From: Nitrospirota bacterium
GTDB taxonomy: Bacteria; Nitrospirota; JACRHJ01
Assembly: GCA_963733375.1 (NCBI GenBank)
Contig: CAVTDB010000003.1
Coordinates: 128,001-192,000 of the forward strand
DNA length: 64,000 nucleotides
Direction of reading: 5' to 3'
How positions within the stretch are numbered: the first letter of the stretch is position 1; the number at the start of each line of letters is the position of its first letter. The notes under the pieces were generated by a model. That model worked only from the letters and a program-made list of their open reading frames with translations. It was not told the origin of the DNA and did no database searches. Of the stretch, positions 31,082 through 42,100 are shown in pieces. The translations under genes were made by a program, and so were the position numbers.

Positions 31082-31560
31082 TCAGGTATTAACGCTGCAT
31101 AATGCCTCCTGCATATCACAGGACAAGTTCCCCATTAGAGTAGCGATCTTATAAAGGCTTTCCCCTTTCATGGCAAGCTGACTCCCAAAAGTATGTCTAT
31201 AATCCGGACATATCCATTGATGCTTTGCCTTCTCATTTGCATTTGGAAGAGCTTGTGAAATGTCGTCAGCATCCCATTTTACCTTGCGGACTGGTAAAGT
31301 ACCAACCTTCATGAGTGGGGGCTGGCGTATATCTCTCAAGATATTTTCTTAAAGTCGTGCTTATAGGCACTACGCGGTTTGCCTTCGTCTTGGGCTGCCA
31401 AAATTTTCCATTGATATTCTTTGCCCTGATGCGCAACATTCCTGCTTTCAAGTCAACATCCTCAAGGGTAAGCCATACAGCTTCTTCTCGACGTATTCCT
31501 GCAAAAATATACATGGCGACAATCGTCTGAAGCTGTGGTTGGTCATTGAGGGCCTCAAGC
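31082..31560 (-). pseudogene. Tyrosine integrase C-terminal fragment cut by a MITE end
   Basis: FAGIRREE, PKTK, DYRHTFGS, LMGN; the reading frame begins at the MITE terminus at 31561. Confidence 0.8.
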
Positions 31561-31611
31561 TGTTGATCGGCGAGCAATTTTGACCCACCATCGGCATCTG
31601 CTTGACCAGGG
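31561..31611 (-). mobile_element. MITE half copy G
   Basis: TGTTGATCGGCGAGCAATTTTGACCCACCATCGGCATCTGCTTGACCAGGG. Confidence 0.8.
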
Positions 31612-31864
31612 GCCGGATGGCCACCGGATTCGCCTCAGGACCACGAATACGGTGGAGCGGCTCAACAAGGAAAAAGCGCCGGACAAGCGTAATCGAGATA
31701 TTCCCGTCCGTGCAGTCAGCCGAGCGGATCATCGGGCATTGCTTATCGACCAGGATGAAAAATGGCAGGTCGAAATAACCTACCTAAACATGGATGAACT
31801 CAAGGAGTGGGAAAGGAAGCAGTCAAGCGAACAGGTCGAGGAGTCGGAATTTGCAGAAGCTTGA
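31612..31864 (+). pseudogene. IS256-family transposase C-terminal fragment
   Basis: HRIRLRTTNTVERLNKE, IFPS in a shifted frame, DEKWQ...YLNMD. Confidence 0.75.
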
Positions 31865-32023
31865 CTGCCATCGGCATGCAATAATGACACACTTGGGATG
31901 ATAGGCGCCCAAAATTGACCCACCTTCTTGGGCCATAAATTGCTGTTATTAAAATGATAAATTAAATTACGACTGGGTCAAGCGGGATGCCGATGGTGGG
32001 TCAAGAATGCACGCCTATCAACA
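31865..32023 (+). mobile_element. IS21-type MITE, copy H (left tip eroded)
   Basis: ATCGGCATGCAATAATGAC...GGGTCAAGAATGCACGCCTATCAACA. Confidence 0.85.
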
Positions 32024-32063
32024 TCTGAGCAGCATCTTCACGGCTTCACGCATTGTCATTGCC

Positions 32064-32432
32064 CTATTCTTTCATGACCGGCAATCCGAGCTCGGCAAGG
32101 CGCTTCTCCTCGCCATCGGCCCAATAACTCTTAGTGTTGGGGTCGTACAAGAGGTTTATGTCTTTCATTATCGGCGGTATTGGGCCTGTGTTTTTTGCAA
32201 GTCTGAAGAGACGCTCCCTGCCCGGCTTTGGAGATCTACTCCTGTAGCCGACTAGGGTAATATATCCTGCAGTTTTGAGCGTGCCCAAATAGTGGGTCAG
32301 ATTCTCGACCTCGGATTCTGAAAGCCTTGCAATGTCCCGAATAGCGAATGGGCCTCTAATGATCCTCATCACTTGCCAGGCGCGTTCACGCGCGGTATTT
32401 CTAACCCGCTTGTTTTTGGTAGTGCCTTTCAC
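32064..32432 (-). CDS. Winged-helix protein of the type found after MuB-like genes
   Basis: AWQVMRI, YLGTLKTAGYI, FRLAKNTGP.PP, LYDPNT. Confidence 0.75.
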   Translation of the reverse strand: MKGTTKNKRVRNTARERAWQVMRIIRGPFAIRDIARLSESEVENLTHYLGTLKTAGYITLVGYRSRSPKPGRERLFRLAKNTGPIPPIMKDINLLYDPNTKSYWADGEEKRLAELGLPVMKE

Positions 32433-33181
32433 TTCTTTGCCCGCCAGTCCAGGTCTTTGATGTGGGAAGCATCTATCTGCTTCAGGTTGTTTCGCCTGGC
32501 GAGGACCTCTAGGTGGTTGATTATTATCTTCAGGGAGCGGAAACAGCCTGACGATGCTTTTGCCATGGCATCAGAGGCTTCTTCTGTCATGCTTACCTCG
32601 CATAGCTCTTTGGCAGCTTTCATTATGTCCTCGTTATCCAGAGGCTGGAACTTGTTTATCTGACTTATGCGCGAGAAGAAGTGCGGGTGGCGCATCAGCT
32701 TCTTGTCTACGGACCCCATACCGATTAGAAGGATCGGGGTACCGCATTCGTCGTGAAGGTCACGTAAGGATTCCAGAACCCTTGAGTCATGGCAGCAGAA
32801 GTCAGCCTCGTCGACAATCAGCATGACGTTATTTCCTATGAGCAGTTCTACCGCCTGACCGAATAAGTTTGAAAACCTGTAATATGGCTCGGCTCCAAGG
32901 GCATTGACGATCATCTCGAAAAACCACCTATGAGAGATTGCGGCCCTTGCCCGGACGTATACGGCATTTGAGCCTTTGCGTCCGACGAACCATGTGCAGG
33001 TCTCTGTCTTGCCGAGGCCGGGGTCAGAGTAGATTAGTCCGAAGCCGGGGACTCCATTGCCGCGCTCTTTCAGGTTGTCGATCATCTCGACGGACCTCAT
33101 GACGTTCTTAGTCTTGACAAACACGTTGTGCATGATGCACCTCCTTGTTAAATGGAAAAGGCCCCAAGAGGGGCCTTTCAT
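32429..33181 (-). CDS. MuB-like AAA transposition ATPase
   Basis: SDPGLGKT, LIVDEAD, LRDLHDE, ILLIGM. Probable start is MHNVFVKT at 33132. Confidence 0.88.
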   Translation of the reverse strand: MKGPSWGLFHLTRRCIMHNVFVKTKNVMRSVEMIDNLKERGNGVPGFGLIYSDPGLGKTETCTWFVGRKGSNAVYVRARAAISHRWFFEMIVNALGAEPYYRFSNLFGQAVELLIGNNVMLIVDEADFCCHDSRVLESLRDLHDECGTPILLIGMGSVDKKLMRHPHFFSRISQINKFQPLDNEDIMKAAKELCEVSMTEEASDAMAKASSGCFRSLKIIINHLEVLARRNNLKQIDASHIKDLDWRAKK

Positions 33182-35181
33182 CAGACATACGAGGCGAGCC
33201 TTGCCTCATATTCGGTTAGCCAGCTTCTTTCGTCAGGGCTTAAGTCCTGCCTGCTTTTGAGTGCCAGATATTTGTCGTAGTCTGATTTGTATAGGCCATT
33301 GCTTTTTGTTTTTTTACTTCTTACTATTCCGTCTGCAACCGTCATATGACTGGAGGCAAGCTTTGCCTCCAGTGCCTCGACGTGTTCCGCTATCCTGGGA
33401 ACTGTGGGCACAATCTCATGCCAGGGCAGCACCGCATCCTTGGAGGCGGCCTTGGCCATTTTAACGACCTTTAGAGTCTGGCGCTTAAGGGAGCGTTTCC
33501 TGCGGATGCCTTCCTTCACCGCGTCCATAGTCACCGGGTTGCCGGTAAGCTTTGCCATCGAGTGGACCGCCTCTACCAGCTTAGCTGCGCCCAGGTATTC
33601 GCCACGTGTTGTGTAAACCAAAATCTGAGTGAGGTCGAAGAAGCTGTAGCGTATGCGGACTTTGTCTCGTAAACCGTAAAGGGCCTCGTGGAAGTACTCG
33701 TTGCCGAGGAACCTGATGCCGTTCCTGCCGATGGACGCCGTCTCAACGGATAGCATAAGGTAATCAAGCTCACGTGCATTTATTCCATTACCACGTCCTG
33801 CATTAAGGACCTCGCCCGGTGTGTGCCCATCGAGGCCGCCGTGTGGCTGTGTGCGGTAATATTCCCGCCACTTGCCTATCATGGCCATAGTCTCCGGTAT
33901 TGTGGGTACCCAGTCGTTATGCAGGCTCTTGAGGAATTTTTCATTCCGTTTCATGTAGCCGGGTTTATCCTCTATGGAAGCGCCAGTAAACGAGGGCATT
34001 AGCCTCTCAAACGAATCGGAGAACGTCCCGAAGAAGCGCTCAATCGGTTTGCTCTGCGCGTTATATGGCCAGGCAAAGGACGTAATAATGCCGAGCCTCG
34101 CAAACATCCCGTAGAAGCCGCACTCCTCAAGGCTCAACTCGCTTGTAAATACCTTCGCCTTGAACGCCTTGCCATTGTCGAGCAGGGCTGCCTTCGGAAA
34201 TTTGCCCAGCTCAAGGACTGCATTACGGAGCGCTCCAGCAACGGCCTGGATGTTCTCCTCGACCATAATCTCATAACCTAACAAGTCACGGCTGGCCCAG
34301 TCGTAGAAACCAACGAGTACCGCACGGCAAGGTTTTCCGGTGTACGGGTTTATCACCTGAAAATTAAGCCTGTGGCCGTCGGCGACCAGAACGTCGCCGA
34401 CATCAAGAAGGGATGAATCACGTTTCAGGAACGGGAGCACCTTGTCGTTTAGCGCCTTCTCACCTTCACGGAGCGCAATCCACAGGTCGTAATGGCGCTT
34501 CTTGAAGTTATCGACAAACCGGCGAAGGGTCATGCCTGATGAATGCGAGGGGAGGCCACGGCGTTCCAGAATATACTTTGTCAGTTTTATTGCCGTCTCG
34601 ACCTTGACCTGGTTCTGATGCAGAAGCTGCGTAAGGAGCAGGTTGGCCTCGTCTTCGGTGACCTTCGACCTCTCACCGCGATTATTGGTGGGTCCTGGGG
34701 CCAGGACACGGTAGTCGCTGTCCCCGTCCTTGTATGCCTTCTCCCACCGGTATAGCGTCCCGCGCGAGATGGTGCCCAAAACCTTGAATATCTCCGGAAG
34801 CAGATGGCCGGTATTGTATGAGAGCAGGAAACAGCCCAAAGCGTCTCCTACACTACACGATGCGATAGCGATTTTCTTGTCCTTGTGCCAGGCACCAAGC
34901 AGGTCGGCACGAGCAAGTGCCGATTTTTCGGTCCGTGCGGGCAGGTGCCTTTTATCGGCTGCACATATATTGGAAGATCGAGTCTGGTCCGTTTTACACT
35001 TAAGGTAGTTGTCTTGAACTTCAGGTGGGAGGGCGGAGAGAGGGATCAGGTACTTCCAGCCCGATGTGCCACGAGGGACTTTCTCGGCTGGCATTTTTCC
35101 CAGGCTGATGAGCCTCTGGACCGACCTGACCGTTATTCCCAGGAGGTCCGCTACCTCGGTAATCTCAAGTCTTGATTCCAT
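33181..35181 (-). CDS. MuA-like DDE transposase
   Basis: N-terminal HTH, VADGH, LLDNGKAF, SKPIERFF, Mu C-terminal GIRFLGNEY...RIRY. Confidence 0.9.
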   Translation of the reverse strand: MESRLEITEVADLLGITVRSVQRLISLGKMPAEKVPRGTSGWKYLIPLSALPPEVQDNYLKCKTDQTRSSNICAADKRHLPARTEKSALARADLLGAWHKDKKIAIASCSVGDALGCFLLSYNTGHLLPEIFKVLGTISRGTLYRWEKAYKDGDSDYRVLAPGPTNNRGERSKVTEDEANLLLTQLLHQNQVKVETAIKLTKYILERRGLPSHSSGMTLRRFVDNFKKRHYDLWIALREGEKALNDKVLPFLKRDSSLLDVGDVLVADGHRLNFQVINPYTGKPCRAVLVGFYDWASRDLLGYEIMVEENIQAVAGALRNAVLELGKFPKAALLDNGKAFKAKVFTSELSLEECGFYGMFARLGIITSFAWPYNAQSKPIERFFGTFSDSFERLMPSFTGASIEDKPGYMKRNEKFLKSLHNDWVPTIPETMAMIGKWREYYRTQPHGGLDGHTPGEVLNAGRGNGINARELDYLMLSVETASIGRNGIRFLGNEYFHEALYGLRDKVRIRYSFFDLTQILVYTTRGEYLGAAKLVEAVHSMAKLTGNPVTMDAVKEGIRRKRSLKRQTLKVVKMAKAASKDAVLPWHEIVPTVPRIAEHVEALEAKLASSHMTVADGIVRSKKTKSNGLYKSDYDKYLALKSRQDLSPDERSWLTEYEARLASYV

Positions 35182-35338
35182 GCGGCATTAAAATCTCCTA
35201 ACCCTTTGCCAATACTGCCGTTAAGTCGGACACACACTACCTCTGTGCCGGGGACATTGCAAGTGGATCTTGCGACAAGCGGAGACTACTTAATTAGTAA
35301 AAAGTCCTTATTTAAAGGTAGTTAGCTAAGCGACCTTT

Positions 35339-35694
35339 TGTGTCGCGACAGATGTCGCGATAATGTCGCAACATGGCTGAATATTGCGACGCAGGGTTTT
35401 AAAGGCTAATCGGCAAAAGGCAAAAAAAATAAATAGCTTAGCGAGTTATGAGGACAGACAAAATCTCAAACCGAATGGCAGGAACTGGCCTGAACTGGCC
35501 GGTCAATCTCACTTTAAAAACTGCCTAATATGGCCCGTCTAACTCTTCCGATTTTCCTGAGTTTCAGTAAAGAAACTGTAAAGTTTTGTAGGGTTTCTGT
35601 AAAGTAATTGTAAAGTTTAATCCCACCTAATCCCTTTAAATCCCGCTACTTCCCACAATCTCCCCTCCTATGTCAAGTTATAGTGGCGTAAACG
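35339..35694. promoter_or_regulatory. Repeat-rich end/control region of the Mu-type transposon
   Basis: tgtcgc(g/a)a x3 at ~35341, tgtaaagt x3 at ~35577-35616, and aatctcccctcctatgtcaa at 35657, similar to motifs at 4635 and 5163. Confidence 0.5.
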
Positions 35695-35763
35695 CTTTAG
35701 TTTCGGGGCATGTCTGAAATGAATTGCTGCAATTTTGCTGCAGTTGCCGATTCTGGCAAAAAA

Positions 35764-35791
35764 AAGGACTCACGGAAGTCCGTAAGTCCTT
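35764..35791 (-). terminator. Hairpin downstream of the tRNA fragment
   Basis: aaggactcacgg-aagt-ccgtaagtcctt, followed on the minus strand by a T-run. Confidence 0.6.
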
Positions 35792-35800
35792 GATTTAAAA

Positions 35801-35845
35801 TGGTAGGCGATGGGGGGTTCGAACCCTCGACCCCTGCCGTGTGAA
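35801..35845 (-). other. 3' half of a tRNA (Val-CAC-like), probable att site
   Basis: Reverse complement TTCACACGGCAGGGGTCGAGGGTTCGAACCCCCCATCGCCTACCA: anticodon loop, T-arm GGTTCGAA and CCA end; no 5' half. Confidence 0.8.
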
Positions 35846-36167
35846 TTTCATTTAGGGAAACTTGCTAAGTGGGCTGCTGGTCTGGGAAATCGGCTATCCC
35901 ACTGGAATACATATGCTTTCATTTCCTTCCGATATTTACAATGTTTCCATATTTTCCATATAGTCGGTAGAATTCTGCTACATTTTTGCTACAGTATGAA
36001 CACTGCTTTGCAATTCCAGCAAATGCTATAAACAAAAGAGCGGTTTTTAGGCCCCTCCCTTGCTGACGATTATCAGTTGTTTTGTCTCTTTCTCTTTGCA
36101 CTATTACTCGAACTGCCTCTCAGTGTCTGTTCTGGTAATCCATTTGCCGTCGCCGCCGAAACGTTTG

Positions 36168-36587
36168 TCATTGCCATTGGCTGGCGTCGCTATATGTCTC
36201 TGTCGGAGTTATATCGTTCGAGGGTTCCGACGCGGGCCCTGTACCCACCTCGTTAGTTGCCATAACAGTAAAAGTATAAACGGTCCCCTTTGTAAGGCCG
36301 GTTACAGTTATTGGGCTTGATGTCCCAGTCGCTACAAGCGTAATAACTCCGGGATTTGAGATAACAAAATATGATTTAATAGGACTGCCGCCGTCAGATT
36401 CAGGCGCGGCAAAACTCACGATAGCCTCCCCGTCGCCCGCCGTTACTTGAACATTGATCGGCGCGCTTGGGACAGTTGCAGGAAAACTTGAATGCTGGTC
36501 AAAGGCAAGTAAAACGAAGAATAAGAAAACAGTCATCTTTAGAATCTTCATGACTCTAAGCCTCCTTTTTATCATGAGAACTCCCAT
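36168..36587 (-). CDS. Secreted fibronectin type III protein
   Basis: PSAPINVQVTAGDG...DGGSPI...GLTKGTVYTFTVMATN. Confidence 0.85.
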   Translation of the reverse strand: MGVLMIKRRLRVMKILKMTVFLFFVLLAFDQHSSFPATVPSAPINVQVTAGDGEAIVSFAAPESDGGSPIKSYFVISNPGVITLVATGTSSPITVTGLTKGTVYTFTVMATNEVGTGPASEPSNDITPTETYSDASQWQ

Positions 36588-39125
36588 ACTATTATTATCC
36601 CAGGTTGTCCGTCTGAACCGACATACCCGGTGCTGCTGGTTGAAGTCGCGCCGCTACCGCCCGACCCATAGCCATAGGCATTACTATTCGAGCCTTGCGT
36701 GGTACTACCCCAGCCGCCCGCGCCAAATTGCCCGCTCCCTCCAAACCCGCCTTTCGCGACAGAACCAGATAACCTTGTTCCGCACTCCCCGCTATGTCCA
36801 TAGTCGTTGATGTCTCCATTAACAGCGATCGAAGGCCCGCCCCCGTTAACTATGGCAACCGAGGTTCCATGCGCCATGCCGGCCCCGCCGTTACCCCCAT
36901 CTGCGGTATAGGTTATGCCATTATATGTAAAACTCGTGTTCCCGCCTGTGCCGCCACTACCCCCGGAACTACTGCCGTGGGTCCCATAAACTCCTACGGT
37001 ATATGTGCCCGTGCCTGAGAAACCGGTTATTCTTTTGAGCAGATATGCGGCTGAAGAGCCGCCCCCGCCAGCCGCCGCTTGAGATGACGCTCCCGACGCG
37101 CCGCCACCTCCACCGCCACCTCCAACCATTTGGATAATAATGGAATGCGTCCCCAACGTCGGCGTATAGGTTGCATTCGTACCGGAAGTAAGATATTGGA
37201 CATTTAAAAGACTACCCGATGTGCCGCTCGAAGAAGGCAGATTCCCGATCGTTATATATTTTTTCGCGCCGGAGGCTGCGCTGTCCTCTATCAAAAGTAC
37301 GTCGTTACTTGCCGGGGTAGTTTTTTGGCTGAAGGATGAGAAATCATTGGCCGAGCGTTTGAGCTGGGCATCATTTGTCACGCTGTTGAGGTTGACTTGT
37401 GAGGCAGTTATTCCAGTAAGCCCTGAGCCGTTGCCTGTCGGAGTCAAATAATCCGCCCCTGCCACGGCCGCGCTGATCGCCGTACCATTGCCCTTCAATA
37501 GCCCGTTGACATTAGTGGTTATGCTTATCGCGGGTGTGGATGTTGCATTCGCTACGCTTCCACCGAAGCCGTTGGCAGTCGTTACCGAAACAGATGTTAC
37601 AGTGCCGCTTCCGCCGCCACCTACATGCCTTGACGAATATCCTGAAAAAGCTGCCCAACTGTGCGGAATATAGCCGTTCCAAGTTGCACCCGTGACATTG
37701 CCGAATGTAGTTTCAGCCATCGTCCTGTGGCGAATAGCAATTGGAGACTGGTAATCAGTGTCAATAGCCGCGAGCGAGAACCCCCCCGAGCCGTCGCCTT
37801 TTAGGACCGATGCACCGGATGTGGCTGGAGCAAAGTCTACTCCGGACGTCGCCGCGCTGACGGCCGTGCCATTACCTTTCAATAAGCCGTTGACATTGGT
37901 GGTTATGCTTATCGCGGGTGTTGAATTCGCATTCGTTACGCTCCCGCCGAAGCCGTTACCACTCGTTACCGAAACCGAAGTTACCGTGCCACTACCAATG
38001 CCTGTAAGGTGCGAACCGTCGCCGTAGAAAGCGGTCCCCGATACGTTCCTGAATGTAACTTCCTGCGCATATGGGTTCCCCTCCCACCACTCTCCTTGAC
38101 TCTCTCCCCATCCGCGCATTGCCGTGTAAGGCATATTACCCCAGAAGCGGTTACTATCCACAAGAAAAGGCCCGTCTTCCAAGGATGTCGGTGCACCAGA
38201 GTATTTAACCCTACAGTTGTTCAGATCAGGGTCATACCAAATATAGATATTTCCAATACGAAGAGGAGTGCCATTCCAAACCATATCATATAAGGAAAGG
38301 CCGTTACCCACCTGTGCAGAGGTTATGCCTGTCAGATGTGAGCCATTGCCGTAAAAGATACCGGAAACATTCCCGAATGTAGCCTGTTTGCTACCCTTTA
38401 TCGCCCCAGTCATTGTCCCTCCTGACAGGGGTAAGCAAACGGTTGTCGGACTGGTAATCCAGGAGTTTAAAGTACCGCTTGCGTCAGCAACGGGAATTGC
38501 ACTTGGTGTCGGCATCGTGGCCTCTGCTGAGAACCGGTATCGCACCCACCTGGGAAGCTGTAATGCCCGTAAGCTGAGAGCCGCTGCCGTTAGGTATTAG
38601 ATAATCGGTTCCTGGTAAAGCGGCGCTTATTACGCCTGATGAGGCTTTTAATATGCCCGATGTTGCGGGGTCAATCGTGTTGCCCGCACCACCATTTCTT
38701 GCCCAGGTACGATCGTCGGTAATTGTGAGGACGCCGGAGGCATTTAAGACATTCCAAAGGGGAATGCCAGCGGGATTATATGATCCTGAGTCTACCGAAA
38801 GCGATGCCGTGCCTCCTGATGTAACAATGCTTACATAATGTGCAGAGGCACCCGTATAGTTAGAAAAATCGATGTTGCCATCAGGGACAGTATAGACGTT
38901 ATTTCCAAAGCAGGTTTTACCGCCTTTGTAGCTTACAGTCGTACCGCTTGTGGAATATGGATTAAAAGATCTTTTCGAAAACTGCCAGAGCTGGTTCAGG
39001 TTCTCCCGAAGCTGAGCAGATGATACAGAAGCTCCAGTGGCGGGATAATTTTCCTGGAAGTCGGCAAATGTTGCAGTCGATATAAAAAGGATTAGAAGAA
39101 CCAGTATAAAATATCTTTTCCCCAT
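36572..39125 (-). CDS. Signal-peptide-bearing tail-fibre-like protein with Gly-rich C-terminal domain (frameshift near 38530)
   Basis: MGKRYFILVLLILFISTATFA; LPLSGGTMTG, GDGSxLTGI, duplicated GTVTSVSVT...GLLKGNGTA; MVGGGGGGG...GQPGIIIVWEF. Confidence 0.75.
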
Positions 39126-39145
39126 ATCTCATTCCTCCTTTTACT

Positions 39146-42100
39146 TCAATTTGATGGATAACATGTAGCTGTGAAACTTGAAATCTGTCCTGCTGATGAT
39201 GTGTTTGAGGAAGTTACATCAGCTCTTATCTGGAAGAACCTCAAGGTTACGGGATTTTGCGTCAAAGGTTGCCAATCGCTCCACGGATCTGTGGCATTGG
39301 ATTTATAACTGATTTCGTATGATACAGTCAGATTTGGCGTGGTTGCCGCTTGCGCGCTTATTATAACCGATTGTATTTGACCCAAATCTATGGAAGAAGT
39401 TGTCCATGAGCCTGAAGATGCTGTCGGGACATCATAATTGATATTAGAGTCATAAACCAAATCAGCGTCATCATAATGATGCTGGGTATCCAATGCCAGA
39501 AGTCCTGCGGGCAGCCAAAATATGCCTGAACCCGTACCGCCAGCCTTAGAAACTATTATTGAATTGCCCGCGCCGGGAATCTCAGTATTTCCTGCACTAT
39601 CTGTCGCTCTAGACTTTAGAGTGTATGATCCGACCGCAGGCTGCACCCACGCATAGCTCCAAATAGCCCAGGTGCCATTGCCGGATGTATCCTGAACGCC
39701 GTCCGACTGGCCCTTCCATGTCGCGCCACCGTCTGTGGAAATTTCGATTTTGGATATTCCTGAGCCTACGGGGTCTGTAGCTGTGCCAGCAATGGTATCG
39801 GTGGCACCGCAAATATAATAAATGACCGCTCCATTTACAGGATTTGTAATTGCCGAGATTGGCGGAATAACGGTTGTCACATTTATGCCTGGCCCTGGAA
39901 ATTCAATATTCCCCTGGTTATCCATTGCCCTCGACTTAATATTAAATTGTCCGTTAGAAGTCGGTGTCCATGTATAGCTCCAATTATCGGTGCCAACCGC
40001 ATCTATCCAGTCAGAACCGTTTATCGATATCTGGACTTTTTTAATCCCCGCACCGCTTCTATCAGTTGCAGTGCCCGATATTGTGTTTGCCCCATTTATG
40101 GTAGCGCCGTTCAGAGGAGAGCTTATTATTGAAGATGGGTCGAAATTAGTCAGTTTCGAAAGGAAATAGCCAGCACCTACATTCCCGTCAAAATCGCTCT
40201 GATTTGTGCCGGAAATGAATATTGATCCGTCGTCTTCTACCGTTATGCCATCTATCGAATCCGCTGAAGTGTTACTAAATATGTATTGCCATATTTCGTT
40301 TCCATTTGGGTCGTACTTAGATGCAAACATATTACCTTCATAATCATATCCTACGACGTATGCATAGCCGTTAAGGTCTAAATCAACATCTCCCGCATAG
40401 GCCAGCTGGTCATTTTTCCATAATTGGTTGCCTTGACTGTCAAGTTTTGAAATATAATCGTCTCCGATTATATAAATATTCCCAGTCTTATCAGTTCTTA
40501 TCGCATTTATGGACTCAGCAAGCATTTTGTTCCATTGTAAGGCACTGTTTCCACTAAATTTTGCCATAAAATTTTGATTATTCATGGTTCCAGATACAAT
40601 TACATTGCCTCCCGGGTCCACGCATATCGGCCCAGAATAATCGAAAGAGCGGGATGAATCTCCGGAAATGCCGTAATTTTCTGTCCAAATATTATTGCCA
40701 TTATTGTCATATTTAGCCAGAACTAAACTCGCAACGTTAATGATTGAGGTTTCGTCTTGAGGATATGTGGTATAACCAGTAATATAGCAGTTACCCGAAC
40801 TATCTATCGCGATTCCCGAGGGAAGAAAGATATGGATTGTTTAATGAATTTGACCATAATAGATTTCCGTTTGGATCATATTTTTGAATATAAGTATTCC
40901 ATCCATCATTAATAGAGACAAAACTATTGCTATTTTGATCCCCAACTATATTTGTTATCCGGTCGTCGTAGTAGGCCCCGGTTATAATCCAGGTTCTATT
41001 CCCTGATGTGTCATATTTTGAAATAAAAGAACTCCCAAAAGATAAACCCGATATATAAAGACTTGCATTTTGATCGCAAGAAATTCCCTCTATACTTGGA
41101 TTTGAAAAATCAGAAAAAACCTTTGTCCATTCTGTTATAGGATTAATGTGATAAATATCTGTTTTCTCCGGTTCAACGTAATCATTGTTTTCGATCCCAA
41201 AATATTTCAATGTGGTATCGCTTAAAATAGGAATGGGCGACTGATATACGGAGGACGCAGTTGTGGGATTCGATCCGTCTGTAGTGTAATATTTCGTAGT
41301 AGTTGATGGAGATAATCTAACCACCTGTCGAAGATTATATGAGCCTCCGGCCGGGGTTGCTGTTGTTGTAGTTATGACCGTCACACCGGGTCCCGGTGTT
41401 TCAATATTTCCCGCTATATCGTAGGCTTCTGTTAAAATTGTAAAGGTTCCACCATCGGGGGGCACTGTCCATAAATAAGTCCAATTTGTCCCTGTAGGTA
41501 AAGTGTAATTCCACGTATTTCCTCCATCAGTAGAAATCGCTAATACGTATGCCCCGGAGCCAGCGCCATCGGATTCTGTACCTGTTATCGTATATGTCTC
41601 ACTGTTACTTATTTGTGCGCCGGGAAGCGGGTCTGTAATTGATGAAACGGGTGGCGTGGTGTCTAAAGTTATCGACGCTTGGTATACTTCAGATACATAA
41701 CCTGAGCTATCTTCATATTTAACAAAAACAGTCTTTAGGCCATCGCCTGATGTTAGTGACCAACTTTTTGTGGTATTATAGGGCTCCCATTGTCCTGTAG
41801 CGAATGACGCATCATTACTTATCATCATTTGAGTTACACCTATTGGTGCATAGGCGTTTAAAGAAAGAGCTACAGTTGGGTAGTTTGTAAACGCCTCCTG
41901 GCTATTAATAATTATAGAGCCTACTGGAAGTGTGCTATTATCAACATCAACCATTACTCCAATAGTCGGTTGTTCAACATTTTCACTGTTATCCGTAGCT
42001 CGCGATTTTAGAAAGTACGTTCCATCCGTCGGCAAAGTCCAGGTGTAGCTCCAATTAGTCGTCCCAGTGGCTTGATTCCAGGTGCTTCCTCCATCAGTTG

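Noticed and set aside
4414-32023. MITE copies as a CRISPR array or integron attC sites
   Set aside because: Spacing is mostly kilobases and irregular, orientation is mixed, there are no cas genes or intact integron integrase, and the TG...CA multi-repeat ends fit IS21.
35801-35845. Functional tRNA gene
   Set aside because: The D-arm and 5' acceptor strand are absent; only the 3' half is present.
37480-37995. Direct repeat within the tail-fibre-like gene as a DGR template/variable repeat pair
   Set aside because: Both copies are in frame within one ORF, differences are not adenine-specific by eye, and no reverse transcriptase is present in the window.
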